A DNA stretch of 64,000 nt from Candidatus Enterousia sp. (GCA_045546155.1 JAZQCG010000003.1:4727-68726); one strand, 5' to 3'; shown: positions 47,601 through 58,557, numbered from the stretch's first letter. Program-made: numbers and translations. The notes: generated by a model not told the origin, from the sequence alone.

Positions 47601-50600
47601 ATGGCAGTAATCCAGAAACTTAGAAAATCTTTTGGTAAAAGTTTTTTGCAAACTCCGCTTCCTGATTTAGTTGAAATTCAATACGATTCCTACAAAGATT
47701 TTTTGCAGGCTGACGTTGCGCCGCAAAACCGTAAAAACATTGGTTTGCAGAACGTGTTCTCGTCAATGTTCCCAATCAAAGACTATGCCGGTATTGCCGA
47801 CTTGGAATTTGTGGAATATACATTGGACAAACCTGTATACAATGTAAAAGAATGCATGCTGCGTAATATGACATATTCCAGCAAGCTGAAATTGAAGCTG
47901 AGATTGATTTTATGGGATGTCGCAGAAGATGGTAAAAAGACACTGCGTGACATCAAGGAACAAGAAATATTTATGGGCGAAGTGCCGTTAATGACAGAAC
48001 GCGGCAGCTTTATCGCATCCGGTGTTGAACGTGTTATCGTTTCCCAGATGCATCGTGCCCAGGGCGTTGTGTTTGCAACAACCAAAGAAGCCAAGGTTGC
48101 GGGTAATCCAATCACATACACTGCACGCATTATCCCAGAACATGGTTCTTGGATTGATTTCGAAGAATCCAAGGGTGTAATCTATGTTCGTATCGACCGT
48201 CGCCGCAAAGTTCCAGCAACAGTTCTGTTGCGTTGCTTGCCAGCTGCCGAAGATGAAAAGAAATGGTTGGCAGAACCACGCAAGACCACAATCCGCGGTA
48301 TGAGTGACACAGAAATTCTGGGTACTTTCTATAACCGCATTGGTCTGAAATTTGATGGCAAACTGTGGACTGGCGATGTTGCATCATTCGAAGGTCTGGA
48401 TAAATATCGCTTAAATTACGATTTGATTAATCCAAAAGATAAAAAAGTCTTGGCATCTAAGGGCGATCGTTTGAACGCAAAACGCTTGAAAAAGATTATG
48501 GATGCATCCAAGACATTTGGCATCATGCCAGAATCTTTGATTGGTGAATATCTGTTTGACCCAATTATGTCTGGGGACGAAGTTGTAATGCCAGCTGGCA
48601 CAGAAATCACCGAAGAAGTTCTGAACGATTTGGATAAAATGAATATCAAAGAAATCAGCCTGATTTCTATTGATAACACAACAATCACAGCTCACATGCG
48701 CAATACTTTGTTGGCTGATAAAACAACCAATCGCGAAGAAGCTTTGATTGAAATCTATAACATTATCCGTCCAGGCGAACGTCCAACACTGGAAGCGGCA
48801 ATTAATCTGTTTATGCGCCAGGGCTTTGAACCTGCGTACTATGATTTGTCAGCGGTTGGTCGTTTCAAGATGAATAAACGCTTGAAAATCGATTCCGGTA
48901 AAAAACCAGAAGACGAACGTTTGTTGACCAAGGGTGATTTCTTGGCGGTATTGAAAACATTAACAAACATTATTGACCGCAAAGACACTGTTGATGATAT
49001 TGACAACCTGTCGAACCGTCGCGTTCGCACCGTTGGTGAATTATTAGAACAGAATTTCCGCACCGGTATGATTCGTATCGAACGCTTGGTACGTGAAGCA
49101 TTGTCATCACCAAATATTGCCAATATGCAGCCCCAGGATGTTATCAATGTAAAACCATTGATGTCATTGGTATCTGAATTCTTGGGAACATCCCAGTTGT
49201 CTCAGTTTATGGATGCGTATAATCCATTGGCTGAATTGGAACACAAACGTTTGATTTCAGCATTGGGGCCGGGCGGTTTGAACCGTGAACGTGCTGGTAT
49301 CGACGTTCGTGACGTTCACCCAACACACTATGGTCGTTTGTGCCCAATTCACACCCCAGAAGGTGCGAATATTGGTCTGATTAACCATTTGTCTACGTAT
49401 GCACGTGTTAATCCATATGGATTTATCGAAACACCATACTATGTTGTTGAAAACAGCCGCATCACAGACAAAATGGTATACCTGACTGCGGACGAAGAAC
49501 TGGGGCACAAAATTGCCCAAGGTAATACCCCAACAACCAAAGATGGTGTATTGGCTGATGACACGGTAACAGCCCGTGTTGACGGCGAATTTACCATGGT
49601 TGCCAAAGAAGAAATTGACCTTATCGACGTAGAACCACGCCAGGTGGTATCAATTGCAACTGGATTAATTCCGTTCGTTGAAAATGACGACGCGAACCGT
49701 GCTTTGATGGGTTCAAACATGCAGCGCCAGGGCGTTCCATTATTGCGTGTCCAGGCCCCATTGGTTGGAACAGGTATCGAACGCGAAGTTGCACGTGATT
49801 CCCGCACTGGTAAGGTTGCAAAACGCAGCGGTGTTGTAGAATCTGTAGATGCAAACCGTATCGTGGTTAAATGTATGAACAGCCGCAATGTCGTAACCGG
49901 TGTTGATATTTACAACCTGGAAAAATTCGAACGCAGCAACAGTGAAACATTGGTTCACCAGAAACCATTGGTCAAGGTTGGCGATCGTATTTCTGCGGGC
50001 GACATTATTGCCGACGGTTCGTCAATGAACTATGGCGAATTGGCATTGGGCCGCAACGTATTGGTTGCCTTTATGCCATGGCGCGGATATAACTACGAAG
50101 ACTCAATCGTTATCTCGGAAAAGATTTCACGTGACGACGTATTTACATCTGTAAAAATCGTTGAAAAAGAATTCAAAGTACGTGATACCCAGTTGGGCCC
50201 AGAAAGTTTCACACGCGACATTCCAAACGTCAGCGAAGAAGCATTAAAGAATCTGGACGAATCCGGTATCATCTATGTTGGCGCACGCGTAAAACAGGGC
50301 GACATCTTGGTTGGTCGTGTTTCACCAAAATCTGAAACATTATTGACCCCAGAAGAAGCACTGTTACGTAACATCTTTGGTGAAAAGGCCTTAAATGTAA
50401 AGGATACATCACTGCGCGTTGGACCAAACGAAGAAGGTACAGTTATCGGCGTTAACGTTTTGACACGTCATGGCGTTAAGAAAGACGAACGTACCCAGAT
50501 GATTGAATTGCAGAAAATCGAAAAGATTAACAAAGACCGCGAAGAAGAAACAAATATTATCGAAAAAGGCTTTGCGGATCAAATCTTCCAGATTGCAGAA

Positions 50601-51737
50601 GGCATGGTTATCGAATCCGGCACAGGCAGCTTAAAACCATTTATTGGTAAAAAACTGACCGCCGAAGTATTCGAAGGCATCCGTCCATCTGATGTGAAAA
50701 AATTGGTCGTTAAAAACAAAGAAGCACAAGCGAAAATTGATGAACTGCGTGAACAGCATGTTCTGAAATTAAAGCAGTTGAACGAAGAAGCCGATGCCGA
50801 AGTTGCCAAAGCAACCGAAAGCAATTCTTTGAACGCTGGTGTCTTGAAAGAAGTCAAGGTTTACATCGCGCACAAGATGAAATTGCAGCCGGGTGACAAA
50901 ATGGCGGGACGTCACGGAAACAAAGGTATCGTTTCCAAGGTTGTGCCAGTCGAAGATATGCCACACTTGGCCGACGGTACACCGGTTGACATTGTTCTGA
51001 ATCCATTGGGCGTACCATCACGTATGAACATTGGTCAGATTTTGGAAACCCACCTTGGTATGGCGGCACGCACATTGGGTGCACAAATTGGTGCTGTTTT
51101 GGACGAAGTAAAGGCAAAACGCGCTGTTACCGACGACTTGCGTACCATCATGGGCAAGGTTTACGGTGGCGAAGTTGCCGACAAACTGGAAAAAATGACA
51201 GACACAGATGTTCGTGCCCAGGCCGCATTACTGCGTGACGGTGTTCCAATGGCAACACCAACATTTGACGGTGCAACACCCGAAGATATTCGCAGCATGT
51301 TGAAATTGGCGGGTCTGCCAGAAACGGGTCAGTTTGATCTGTACGACGGTATGACGGGGGAAAAGTTTGCACGTCCGGTAACCGTTGGTGTTATGTACAT
51401 GTTGAAACTGCATCACTTTGTTGATGAAAAGATTCACGCACGTTCAATTGGTAACTATTCATTGGTCACACAACAGCCATTGTCTGGTAAAGCCCACATG
51501 GGTGGCCAGCGTCTGGGTGAAATGGAAGTATGGGCACTGGAAGCCCACGGTGCAGCCCACCTGTTGCGTGAAATGTTAACGGTTAAATCTGACGATATCA
51601 CAGGCCGAAACAAGATGTATGAATCCATCATTTCCGGCAGCAACGATATCCAGACCGGAACCCCAGAAGCTTTCAACGTATTCGTTCGCGAATTGCGTGG
51701 ATTGGGTCTGGCAATGACACCAAAGAAAGTAGATTAG
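47601..51737 (+). CDS. rpoB: DNA-directed RNA polymerase subunit beta
   Basis: SQLSQFMD, RDVHPTHYGR, GDKMAGRHGNKG, GGQRLGEME. Confidence 0.99.
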   Translation: MAVIQKLRKSFGKSFLQTPLPDLVEIQYDSYKDFLQADVAPQNRKNIGLQNVFSSMFPIKDYAGIADLEFVEYTLDKPVYNVKECMLRNMTYSSKLKLKLRLILWDVAEDGKKTLRDIKEQEIFMGEVPLMTERGSFIASGVERVIVSQMHRAQGVVFATTKEAKVAGNPITYTARIIPEHGSWIDFEESKGVIYVRIDRRRKVPATVLLRCLPAAEDEKKWLAEPRKTTIRGMSDTEILGTFYNRIGLKFDGKLWTGDVASFEGLDKYRLNYDLINPKDKKVLASKGDRLNAKRLKKIMDASKTFGIMPESLIGEYLFDPIMSGDEVVMPAGTEITEEVLNDLDKMNIKEISLISIDNTTITAHMRNTLLADKTTNREEALIEIYNIIRPGERPTLEAAINLFMRQGFEPAYYDLSAVGRFKMNKRLKIDSGKKPEDERLLTKGDFLAVLKTLTNIIDRKDTVDDIDNLSNRRVRTVGELLEQNFRTGMIRIERLVREALSSPNIANMQPQDVINVKPLMSLVSEFLGTSQLSQFMDAYNPLAELEHKRLISALGPGGLNRERAGIDVRDVHPTHYGRLCPIHTPEGANIGLINHLSTYARVNPYGFIETPYYVVENSRITDKMVYLTADEELGHKIAQGNTPTTKDGVLADDTVTARVDGEFTMVAKEEIDLIDVEPRQVVSIATGLIPFVENDDANRALMGSNMQRQGVPLLRVQAPLVGTGIEREVARDSRTGKVAKRSGVVESVDANRIVVKCMNSRNVVTGVDIYNLEKFERSNSETLVHQKPLVKVGDRISAGDIIADGSSMNYGELALGRNVLVAFMPWRGYNYEDSIVISEKISRDDVFTSVKIVEKEFKVRDTQLGPESFTRDIPNVSEEALKNLDESGIIYVGARVKQGDILVGRVSPKSETLLTPEEALLRNIFGEKALNVKDTSLRVGPNEEGTVIGVNVLTRHGVKKDERTQMIELQKIEKINKDREEETNIIEKGFADQIFQIAEGMVIESGTGSLKPFIGKKLTAEVFEGIRPSDVKKLVVKNKEAQAKIDELREQHVLKLKQLNEEADAEVAKATESNSLNAGVLKEVKVYIAHKMKLQPGDKMAGRHGNKGIVSKVVPVEDMPHLADGTPVDIVLNPLGVPSRMNIGQILETHLGMAARTLGAQIGAVLDEVKAKRAVTDDLRTIMGKVYGGEVADKLEKMTDTDVRAQAALLRDGVPMATPTFDGATPEDIRSMLKLAGLPETGQFDLYDGMTGEKFARPVTVGVMYMLKLHHFVDEKIHARSIGNYSLVTQQPLSGKAHMGGQRLGEMEVWALEAHGAAHLLREMLTVKSDDITGRNKMYESIISGSNDIQTGTPEAFNVFVRELRGLGLAMTPKKVD

Positions 51738-51800
51738 TTGTTAGCACTGGTGTGGGGCATTATCCCCCACACCCTAACCACTAGCCACTAACAACTAAAA
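51738..51800. repeat. Heptamer-repeat element with GC hairpin, copy C
   Basis: GTGTGGGG-cattatc-CCCCACAC flanked by TAGTTGTTAG and CTAACCACTAGCCACTAACAACTAA. Confidence 0.6.
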
Positions 51801-51825
51801 ACTATTTTATAAGGAGCAAAATATA

Positions 51826-54800
51826 ATGAGCAATATGTTGCAAAAGATATTTGGACAAATCGAAACCAAAGAACAGTTCGACGCTTTACGCATTACAATT
51901 GCGTCACCCGAAGAAATTCTGTCTTGGTCATTTGGCGAAGTTAAAAAGCCTGAAACAATTAACTATCATTCGCTGAAACCAGAAGCAGAAGGTCTGTTCT
52001 GCCAGCAGATTTTTGGTCCGGTCAAAGATTATGAATGCGCATGTGGTAAATATAAACGCATTAAATTCCGTGGCGTTGTTTGTGAACGTTGTGGGGTTGA
52101 GGTTGGCCCATCCGCGGTTCGTCGTGAACGTATGGGGCATATCAAATTGGCAATGCCGGTTGCGCACACATGGTTCTTGCGCGAAGGCAAAATTGCAACC
52201 CTGTTAAACAACCTGCCACAAAAGAAATTAGAACAGGTTATTTCATACGATGCTTATATCGTTATTGAACCCGGTTTAACAAACTTGAAGCTGTATGACG
52301 TAATCAGCGAAGACGAATACCAGGCCGCCGTTGAAGAATTCGGCGCGGATGCGTTCCGCGTTGGTATCGGTGCCGAAGGCGTACGTACAATCATTGAAAA
52401 CCTGGATATGGGTGATGAACGTACACGTCTGCGTGCAGAATTGGCGGACACAAAATCAGAAACAAAACGTAAATCAATTATCAAGCAATTGAAATTGGTC
52501 GAAGCGTTCCTGGATTCTAAAACAAATCCAGCCTGGATGATGCCAGATATTATCCCTGTTATCCCACCAGATATGCGTCCATTGGTTACATTGGATGCGG
52601 GACATGTTGCGGCATCTGACCTGAATGATTTGTATCGTCGTGTTATTATCCGTAATAACCGTTTGAAACGCTTTATGGAAATGCATGCCCCAGACATTAT
52701 CGTACGTAACGAAAAACGCATGTTACAGGAAGCTGTTGATTCCTTGTTCGATAATGGTCACAAGGCACGTCCAATGGTTTCCCAGAACCGTCGTCCATTG
52801 AAATCATTGTCTGATTCTTTGCGCGGTAAATCTGGTCGTTTCCGTATGAACATGTTGGGTAAACGTGTGGACTATTCCGGTCGTTCCGTTATCGTATCTG
52901 GTCCAACATTGAAATTGCACCAGGTGGGTCTGCCAAAAACAATGGCATTAGAATTGTTTAAACCATTTGTTTATGCACGCTTGTTGGCGGGTGATTATGC
53001 AAACACATTAAAAACCGCCCGTAAAATGGTTGAAAACGGCGAAGATGTCGTATGGGAAATCCTGGAAAAAGTTATTTATGAACATCCAGTTCTGTTGAAC
53101 CGTGCACCAACATTGCACCGTTTGTCACTGCTGGCATTTGAACCGGTATTGATTGAGGGCAAGGCAATTCGCCTGCACCCATTGGTATGTTCTGGCTTTA
53201 ATGCTGACTTTGACGGTGACCAGATGTCTGTTCACGTTCCAATTTCATTAGAAGCGCAACTGGAAGCACGCACATTGATGTTGTCTTCGAACAACGTATT
53301 GTCGCCTGCGAACGGTGCGCCAATGGTTGTTCCATCCCAAGACATGGTATTGGGTGTTTACTATATTTCATTGATTAATGGCGAACATACCGATAAATCA
53401 CCACGTTTTGCGAACATGGACGAAGTGAAATTGGCATTGGAAAACAAGACAATTACACTGCACACGCCAATTGTTGCACGTATTAATGGCAAAACATATA
53501 AAACAACGGCGGGTCGTATGATTTTGGGTGAATTGTTACCAAAATCTGACAATATGCCATTTGATTTGGTAAACAAAGTTATGCCTCGCAGTGCGATTAA
53601 ATCATTATTGGCCACAACATATGAACGTTGCGGCGACAAAGCGATGATTTTATTGGCAGACGCGTTGAAAGATACTGGTTTTGAACAGGCCGCACGCAGT
53701 GGTATTTCCATTGGTTATGACGACATCGTTATTCCAGAAGAAAAGAAGGCGATGATTGCAGAATCAGAAAAAATTGCCGAAGAAATCGAAGAACAATATC
53801 AGAACGGTTTGTTGTCTGGTGGTGAACGCTATAACAAACTGGTCGATATGTGGCAGAAAACAACCGACAAATTGGGTGATATGGCATATGCTGCGCTGGG
53901 TAAAACAACCGGTGACAACTGGAATTCTATCCACATGATGGCATTGTCCGAAGCTCGTGGTTCTAAACGTCAGATTCAGCAGTTGGCAGGTATGCGTGGT
54001 ATGATGCAGAAGCCAGACGGATCTATTATCGAAGTTCCAATTATCTCGAACTTTAAAGAAGGTCTGACCATGTCTGAATACTTTACATCCACCCACGGTG
54101 CACGTAAGGGTATGTCGGACACGGCTTTGAAAACTGCTGACGCGGGTTACTTGACACGTCGTTTGGTTGAATTGGCACAAAATACAGTTATTACAGAACA
54201 CGATTGTGGAACAACTGAATTCATCACTGCTAAACCAGTGTACCAGGGTTCAACATTATCTGTTCCATTGGGTGACGTTGTATTGGGTCGCACCGCGGCA
54301 CATGACGTTGTGCATCCAATTACCAAAGAAGTTATTGTCCCAGCCGGCGAATTGATTACTAAGGCCGCGTCCAAGGCAATTAATGAATCAGGCCTGCCAT
54401 CTGTTGATGTTCGCAGTGTTCTGACATGTTGCAGTGACGGTTTGTGTGCAAAATGTTACGGTATGGACTTGTCACGTAATGCATTGGTACACGTCGGCGA
54501 AGCGGTTGGTGTTATCGCGGGTCAATCCATTGGTGAACCAGGTACTCAGTTAACCTTGCGTACCTTCCACATTGGTGGTATTGCGGCCGGTGGTACAGAC
54601 AGCCACTTTATCGAAGTTCCAGTCGCAGGTAAAATTAAACTGTCTGGCGTTAATACGATTAAGAACAGCGCGGGTCGTGTTGTTGTCTTGTCACGTAATG
54701 GCAAAGTTGCCATTGTTGACGACGAAGGCAAAGAACTGTTCAGCTGTGCATTACCATATGCATCCATGCTGATTGTTAACGACGGCGATACTGTTGAAAA

Positions 54801-55935
54801 GGGCGCTAAGGTTGCTGAATGGGATCCATATTCCAACACAATCATCGCCGAAGCCGATGGTACTGTGAACTATAATGACTTGATTGAAAACGTATCGTTC
54901 CAAGAAGAAGTTGATTCTATGACTGGTATCGTTTCTCGCAAGGTTATTAACTGGAAAACAAATACCAAGAAAGCTTTGAAGCCAGCCGTTACGTTGGTTG
55001 ATGCGTCGGGTAAAGTTATTAACTTGGGTGGTAAAAAGATTGCAGAATATCTGTTGCCAATCTATTCTATCCTGAACGTTGCAAATGGCGACACCGTTCA
55101 TGCGGGTGACATCTTGGCACGTATCCCAGTTCAAACAAAACGTACAGGCGACATTACCGGTGGTCTGCCACGTGTTAATGAATTATTGGAAGTACGTCGT
55201 CCAACAAACCCAGCATTATTGGCAGAAATCGATGGTACGATTGATTTGGAAGATGCAAAATCAAAAATCATCATCCGTATCGAACCAGCCGATGGCTCAG
55301 CCCCTGTTGAATACGCAGTGCCAAAGGGTACAAACCTGTTGGTTCGCAGCGGCGACACTGTAAAGAAAGCTGATAAATTGGTTGATGGTGACCCAGTACC
55401 ACAAGACATCTTGCGTATCCTGGGCCAGAAAGCCTTGGCAACATTTATGGTTGACCAGATTCAGCAAGTTTATCGCCTTCAGGGTGTGACGATTAATGAC
55501 AAACATATCGAAATTCTGATACGTGAAATGACACGCCGTGTTGAAATCACGAACCCAGGTGACACTGGATTCTTGATGGGCCAGGTTGTTGACCGTGTTG
55601 ATTTCGAAGAAGAAAATGCCCGTGTTGCTCGTGACGGCGGTCGTGTTGCCGAAGCGTCCCAGGTATTGGTTGGTTTGACACGCGCATCCCTGACGTCTCG
55701 TTCGTTTATTTCGAACGCATCGTTCCAACAGACAACCAAAGTATTGGTAGATGCTGCGATTTCTGGCTCGACCGACAAATTGGTTGGTATCAACGAAAAC
55801 TTGATTGTTGGTCGTTTGATTCCAATTGGAACTGGTGCATACGTCCGTCGCGTACGCGAAATTGCCAAAGAAGAAGAAAAGGCAGAACGCCTTGCACGCG
55901 AAGGCAATACCCAGCAGCAATTGTTGGATATTTAG
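51826..55935 (+). CDS. rpoC: DNA-directed RNA polymerase subunit beta'
   Basis: NADFDGDQM catalytic motif; zinc-binding Cys; QSIGEPGTQLT. Confidence 0.99.
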   Translation: MSNMLQKIFGQIETKEQFDALRITIASPEEILSWSFGEVKKPETINYHSLKPEAEGLFCQQIFGPVKDYECACGKYKRIKFRGVVCERCGVEVGPSAVRRERMGHIKLAMPVAHTWFLREGKIATLLNNLPQKKLEQVISYDAYIVIEPGLTNLKLYDVISEDEYQAAVEEFGADAFRVGIGAEGVRTIIENLDMGDERTRLRAELADTKSETKRKSIIKQLKLVEAFLDSKTNPAWMMPDIIPVIPPDMRPLVTLDAGHVAASDLNDLYRRVIIRNNRLKRFMEMHAPDIIVRNEKRMLQEAVDSLFDNGHKARPMVSQNRRPLKSLSDSLRGKSGRFRMNMLGKRVDYSGRSVIVSGPTLKLHQVGLPKTMALELFKPFVYARLLAGDYANTLKTARKMVENGEDVVWEILEKVIYEHPVLLNRAPTLHRLSLLAFEPVLIEGKAIRLHPLVCSGFNADFDGDQMSVHVPISLEAQLEARTLMLSSNNVLSPANGAPMVVPSQDMVLGVYYISLINGEHTDKSPRFANMDEVKLALENKTITLHTPIVARINGKTYKTTAGRMILGELLPKSDNMPFDLVNKVMPRSAIKSLLATTYERCGDKAMILLADALKDTGFEQAARSGISIGYDDIVIPEEKKAMIAESEKIAEEIEEQYQNGLLSGGERYNKLVDMWQKTTDKLGDMAYAALGKTTGDNWNSIHMMALSEARGSKRQIQQLAGMRGMMQKPDGSIIEVPIISNFKEGLTMSEYFTSTHGARKGMSDTALKTADAGYLTRRLVELAQNTVITEHDCGTTEFITAKPVYQGSTLSVPLGDVVLGRTAAHDVVHPITKEVIVPAGELITKAASKAINESGLPSVDVRSVLTCCSDGLCAKCYGMDLSRNALVHVGEAVGVIAGQSIGEPGTQLTLRTFHIGGIAAGGTDSHFIEVPVAGKIKLSGVNTIKNSAGRVVVLSRNGKVAIVDDEGKELFSCALPYASMLIVNDGDTVEKGAKVAEWDPYSNTIIAEADGTVNYNDLIENVSFQEEVDSMTGIVSRKVINWKTNTKKALKPAVTLVDASGKVINLGGKKIAEYLLPIYSILNVANGDTVHAGDILARIPVQTKRTGDITGGLPRVNELLEVRRPTNPALLAEIDGTIDLEDAKSKIIIRIEPADGSAPVEYAVPKGTNLLVRSGDTVKKADKLVDGDPVPQDILRILGQKALATFMVDQIQQVYRLQGVTINDKHIEILIREMTRRVEITNPGDTGFLMGQVVDRVDFEEENARVARDGGRVAEASQVLVGLTRASLTSRSFISNASFQQTTKVLVDAAISGSTDKLVGINENLIVGRLIPIGTGAYVRRVREIAKEEEKAERLAREGNTQQQLLDI

Positions 55936-55949
55936 TAAAGGCCATTGTG

Positions 55950-55995
55950 TAAGTGGTTAGCAAAACACTAATCACTAACCACTTGCACTAATCAC
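55950..55995. repeat. Heptamer-repeat element, copy D
   Basis: AAGTGGTTAG...CACTAATCACTAACCACTTGCACTAATCAC. Confidence 0.65.
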
Positions 55996-56069
55996 AAATG
56001 TAAACTTTTGCTTGCAAATTGGGATTATTTGAATAAAATAAGCAATCGGAAAATAAAAAGGATAATAAA

Positions 56070-56219
56070 ATGGCAACGCCAAGAAGTAAAACAAGTAAAT
56101 CACGCAGTGCCCAGCGCCAGTCTCATGATGCATTATCTGTAATGCCATGCAGCGTATGCAAGGTTTGCGGTGAAAAGAAACGCCCACATCACGTTTGTGC
56201 GGCATGTGGTGCGAAATAA
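56070..56219 (+). CDS. rpmF: 50S ribosomal protein L32
   Basis: Not in the ORF track; MATPRSKTSKSRSAQRQSHDALSVMPCSVCKVCGEKKRPHHVCAACGAK. Confidence 0.95.
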   Translation: MATPRSKTSKSRSAQRQSHDALSVMPCSVCKVCGEKKRPHHVCAACGAK

Positions 56220-56286
56220 TTTAACCAAAATTTTAGGGCAGATGTGACCGCGAGCCCGTGGTCTGTCTGCCGTTTTTAATATTACT

Positions 56287-57354
56287 ATGTCAGAACAAAA
56301 GAAAATTATAGCGGTTGATGCAATGAGTGGTGACAAAGGCCCATCTGCGGTCCTTGGCGGTATCAACCAGTTTTTATATCAAAATGGCGAAGACAAAGTT
56401 CAATTCCGCCTGTTCGGTGATGAAAAGCGTCTGCGCCGTATGTTGACCAAATATCCACGCGTTGGCCGCAATGTAGAAGTTGTCCACGCCCCAAATGTTA
56501 TCAAGGGTACGGATAAAATTATGGATGTTTTGCGCCATGCCCAGGATACATCAATGTACATGGCAATCAAAGACGTCCGCGAAGGTAATGCCACCGCCGT
56601 GGTTAGTGCGGGCAATACCGGTGTTTTTATGTCACTGTCTAAATTGGCATTAAAGACGGTTGATGGTATTGCGCGTCCTGCAATTACGACAATGTTGCCG
56701 TCGGGCGCCGGGGACAGTCGCGTTGTTGTGCTGGATTTGGGTGCAAATGTTCAGTGTGATGAAACAATCTTGTTCGATTTTGCCGTCCTGGGCAGTGTTT
56801 ATGCCGAGGTTATGGGTAAAATGCCAAAACCAAAACTGGGGGTTTTGAACATCGGTTCTGAAGAAACCAAGGGTAATGAAACTCTGGTGCATTTGAATCA
56901 TGTGCTGACCGAACACAAAGATGAATTGCCATATGAATATCTGGGCTTTGTCGAAGCGAACGATATCAGTGCGGGCAAAGTTCAGGTTGTTGTCACCGAC
57001 GGATTTACAGGCAATATCGTGTTAAAAACGGTCGAAGGTACTGCGAAACTGATTAAACGCGTTATTGTTGAAAATTTCAAAAAATCAATCTTGGCTATGA
57101 TGGGGGCGTTCTTCTTGGTTCATGTGTTTAAGCGCTTGAAACATAAAATTGACCCACGTTCATATGCAGGTGCGGTTTTCTTGGGGTTAAAAGGGTTCTC
57201 TGTTAAAACCCATGGCAACAGTGATGCCTTGGCATTTGCGAATTCGTTAAAGTACGCATCTGATTTGATTCATGCGAATCTTAACGGACTGATTGCAGAA
57301 CGTGCAAAATCTGTCGAGCCGATACGTAATCAGTTACAACAAGAAAAACAATAA
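56287..57354 (+). CDS. plsX: Phosphate acyltransferase PlsX
   Basis: IAVDAMSGD, VSAGNTG, LDLGAN, LNIGSEETKG, DGFTGN, KTHG. Confidence 0.97.
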   Translation: MSEQKKIIAVDAMSGDKGPSAVLGGINQFLYQNGEDKVQFRLFGDEKRLRRMLTKYPRVGRNVEVVHAPNVIKGTDKIMDVLRHAQDTSMYMAIKDVREGNATAVVSAGNTGVFMSLSKLALKTVDGIARPAITTMLPSGAGDSRVVVLDLGANVQCDETILFDFAVLGSVYAEVMGKMPKPKLGVLNIGSEETKGNETLVHLNHVLTEHKDELPYEYLGFVEANDISAGKVQVVVTDGFTGNIVLKTVEGTAKLIKRVIVENFKKSILAMMGAFFLVHVFKRLKHKIDPRSYAGAVFLGLKGFSVKTHGNSDALAFANSLKYASDLIHANLNGLIAERAKSVEPIRNQLQQEKQ

Positions 57355-57380
57355 AAAAACCGCCAATCGGCGGTTTTTTT
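57353..57380. terminator. Bidirectional terminator
   Basis: AAAAAAACCGCC-aatc-GGCGGTTTTTTT between plsX and mraZ. Confidence 0.85.
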
Positions 57381-57828
57381 ATAAAGAAATTTTTAGATTC
57401 GGGCGCGCTGTACGCAGATTGTTAAGTGCTTGTTCTTGAACCGCGCGAAACGCATCGGGATTCCAGATTTGAAAACTGTTCCCGCGACCAACAAATACAG
57501 CACGATCGGTGATGCCTGCGTGTGCTAATAAATCAGATGGGATAACAATGCGACCTGTTACATCAAATGCCAACTGGCGTGCATCTGCGAACAACATTGC
57601 GGATAAATCATCCAGTTCGCTGTCAAAGATTCCCATTTGATCTGTTGCAGATGCCATTTGTTCCATGCGTGACATGGAAAAACCTTCGATGCAATTATTG
57701 GTAAATGATCGGAATAATACGACACCTGCAAATTTTTCATTTGCGACCGAAGCCCGGAAAGATGCCGGCACCGAGATACGTCCCTTAGTATCCAAACGAT
57801 TTTCATAAGATGAGAGAAACAATGACAT
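57379..57828 (-). CDS. mraZ: Transcriptional regulator MraZ
   Basis: LDTKGRISVPASFR and FDVTGRIVIP (two DxxGR motifs); FVGRGNSFQIW. Confidence 0.95.
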   Translation of the reverse strand: MSLFLSSYENRLDTKGRISVPASFRASVANEKFAGVVLFRSFTNNCIEGFSMSRMEQMASATDQMGIFDSELDDLSAMLFADARQLAFDVTGRIVIPSDLLAHAGITDRAVFVGRGNSFQIWNPDAFRAVQEQALNNLRTARPNLKISL

Positions 57829-57891
57829 TCCTGCTTCTTGTGTTATTCGTGGGGCGTGCCCCAATGTTAGTCTTTCCGTCTTCGTATTCAA

Positions 57892-57955
57892 AATGTAGCA
57901 TGGGTGTTTATGGTTGTCAATGACAATTTATAGTTGTTCTATGGGATTTTATGGT
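57892..57955 (-). promoter_or_regulatory. mraZ promoter with ~10-bp-spaced ATGGG-like MraZ boxes
   Basis: TTGACA-17-TACATT on the minus strand; ATGGG/ATGGT-like units at 57900, 57910, 57920, 57930, 57941 and 57951. Confidence 0.7.
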
Positions 57956-58221
57956 TTTTGTGCTAAAAAATAAAAAAATTAAAATAAAATGAAAATAAAT
58001 ATATTTTGTGCTTGACCTGCGATTCGTTTTTGTTCTAAGATGTTTGTATAGACAAGGGAAAAAGAAATAAAAAGCCCAGAAAACTGCATAACTGCGGAAT
58101 TCTGCCAAAAAACAAAACAAAGGAAAAAATAAAATTCAAATTTTGTAAATACTAATGTAAATACACTGTTTGGATTCAGTTTTTGCCGCAACCGCAATCC
58201 CAAGGAAGGAGGGGAACGCAC

Positions 58222-58557
58222 ATGACAAAAAATATCAAAGAAATTATGATTGCCTTGAACCAAGTTTTAACAACAACAGTTTGGGTAAACGAAGATCGTC
58301 AGATTGTATCATTGGCAGACGAATTGAAAATTGGCAAAAATAACGCCCCACGTTCTATCGAAGATTTGGCACGCACATCCCTGGTTGGTGCATACGTGTC
58401 GTTGCAAATTCGCACTGATAACTTTGAAGTAGCCGCTGAAAGCATGGAAACGCGTGATTTGGCGCTGCGTGTCAAAGAAATGGTCTTTGCAGAAGCGAAA
58501 AAGATTATGGATGCGTCCAACGTTGCAGACAATGCGCACGTTGCAATGGCGGCATAA
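58222..58557 (+). CDS. Hypothetical protein ending in Ala-Ala
   Basis: Strong RBS AAGGAGG; 111 aa; codon style resembles the ribosomal protein genes. Confidence 0.8.
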   Translation: MTKNIKEIMIALNQVLTTTVWVNEDRQIVSLADELKIGKNNAPRSIEDLARTSLVGAYVSLQIRTDNFEVAAESMETRDLALRVKEMVFAEAKKIMDASNVADNAHVAMAA

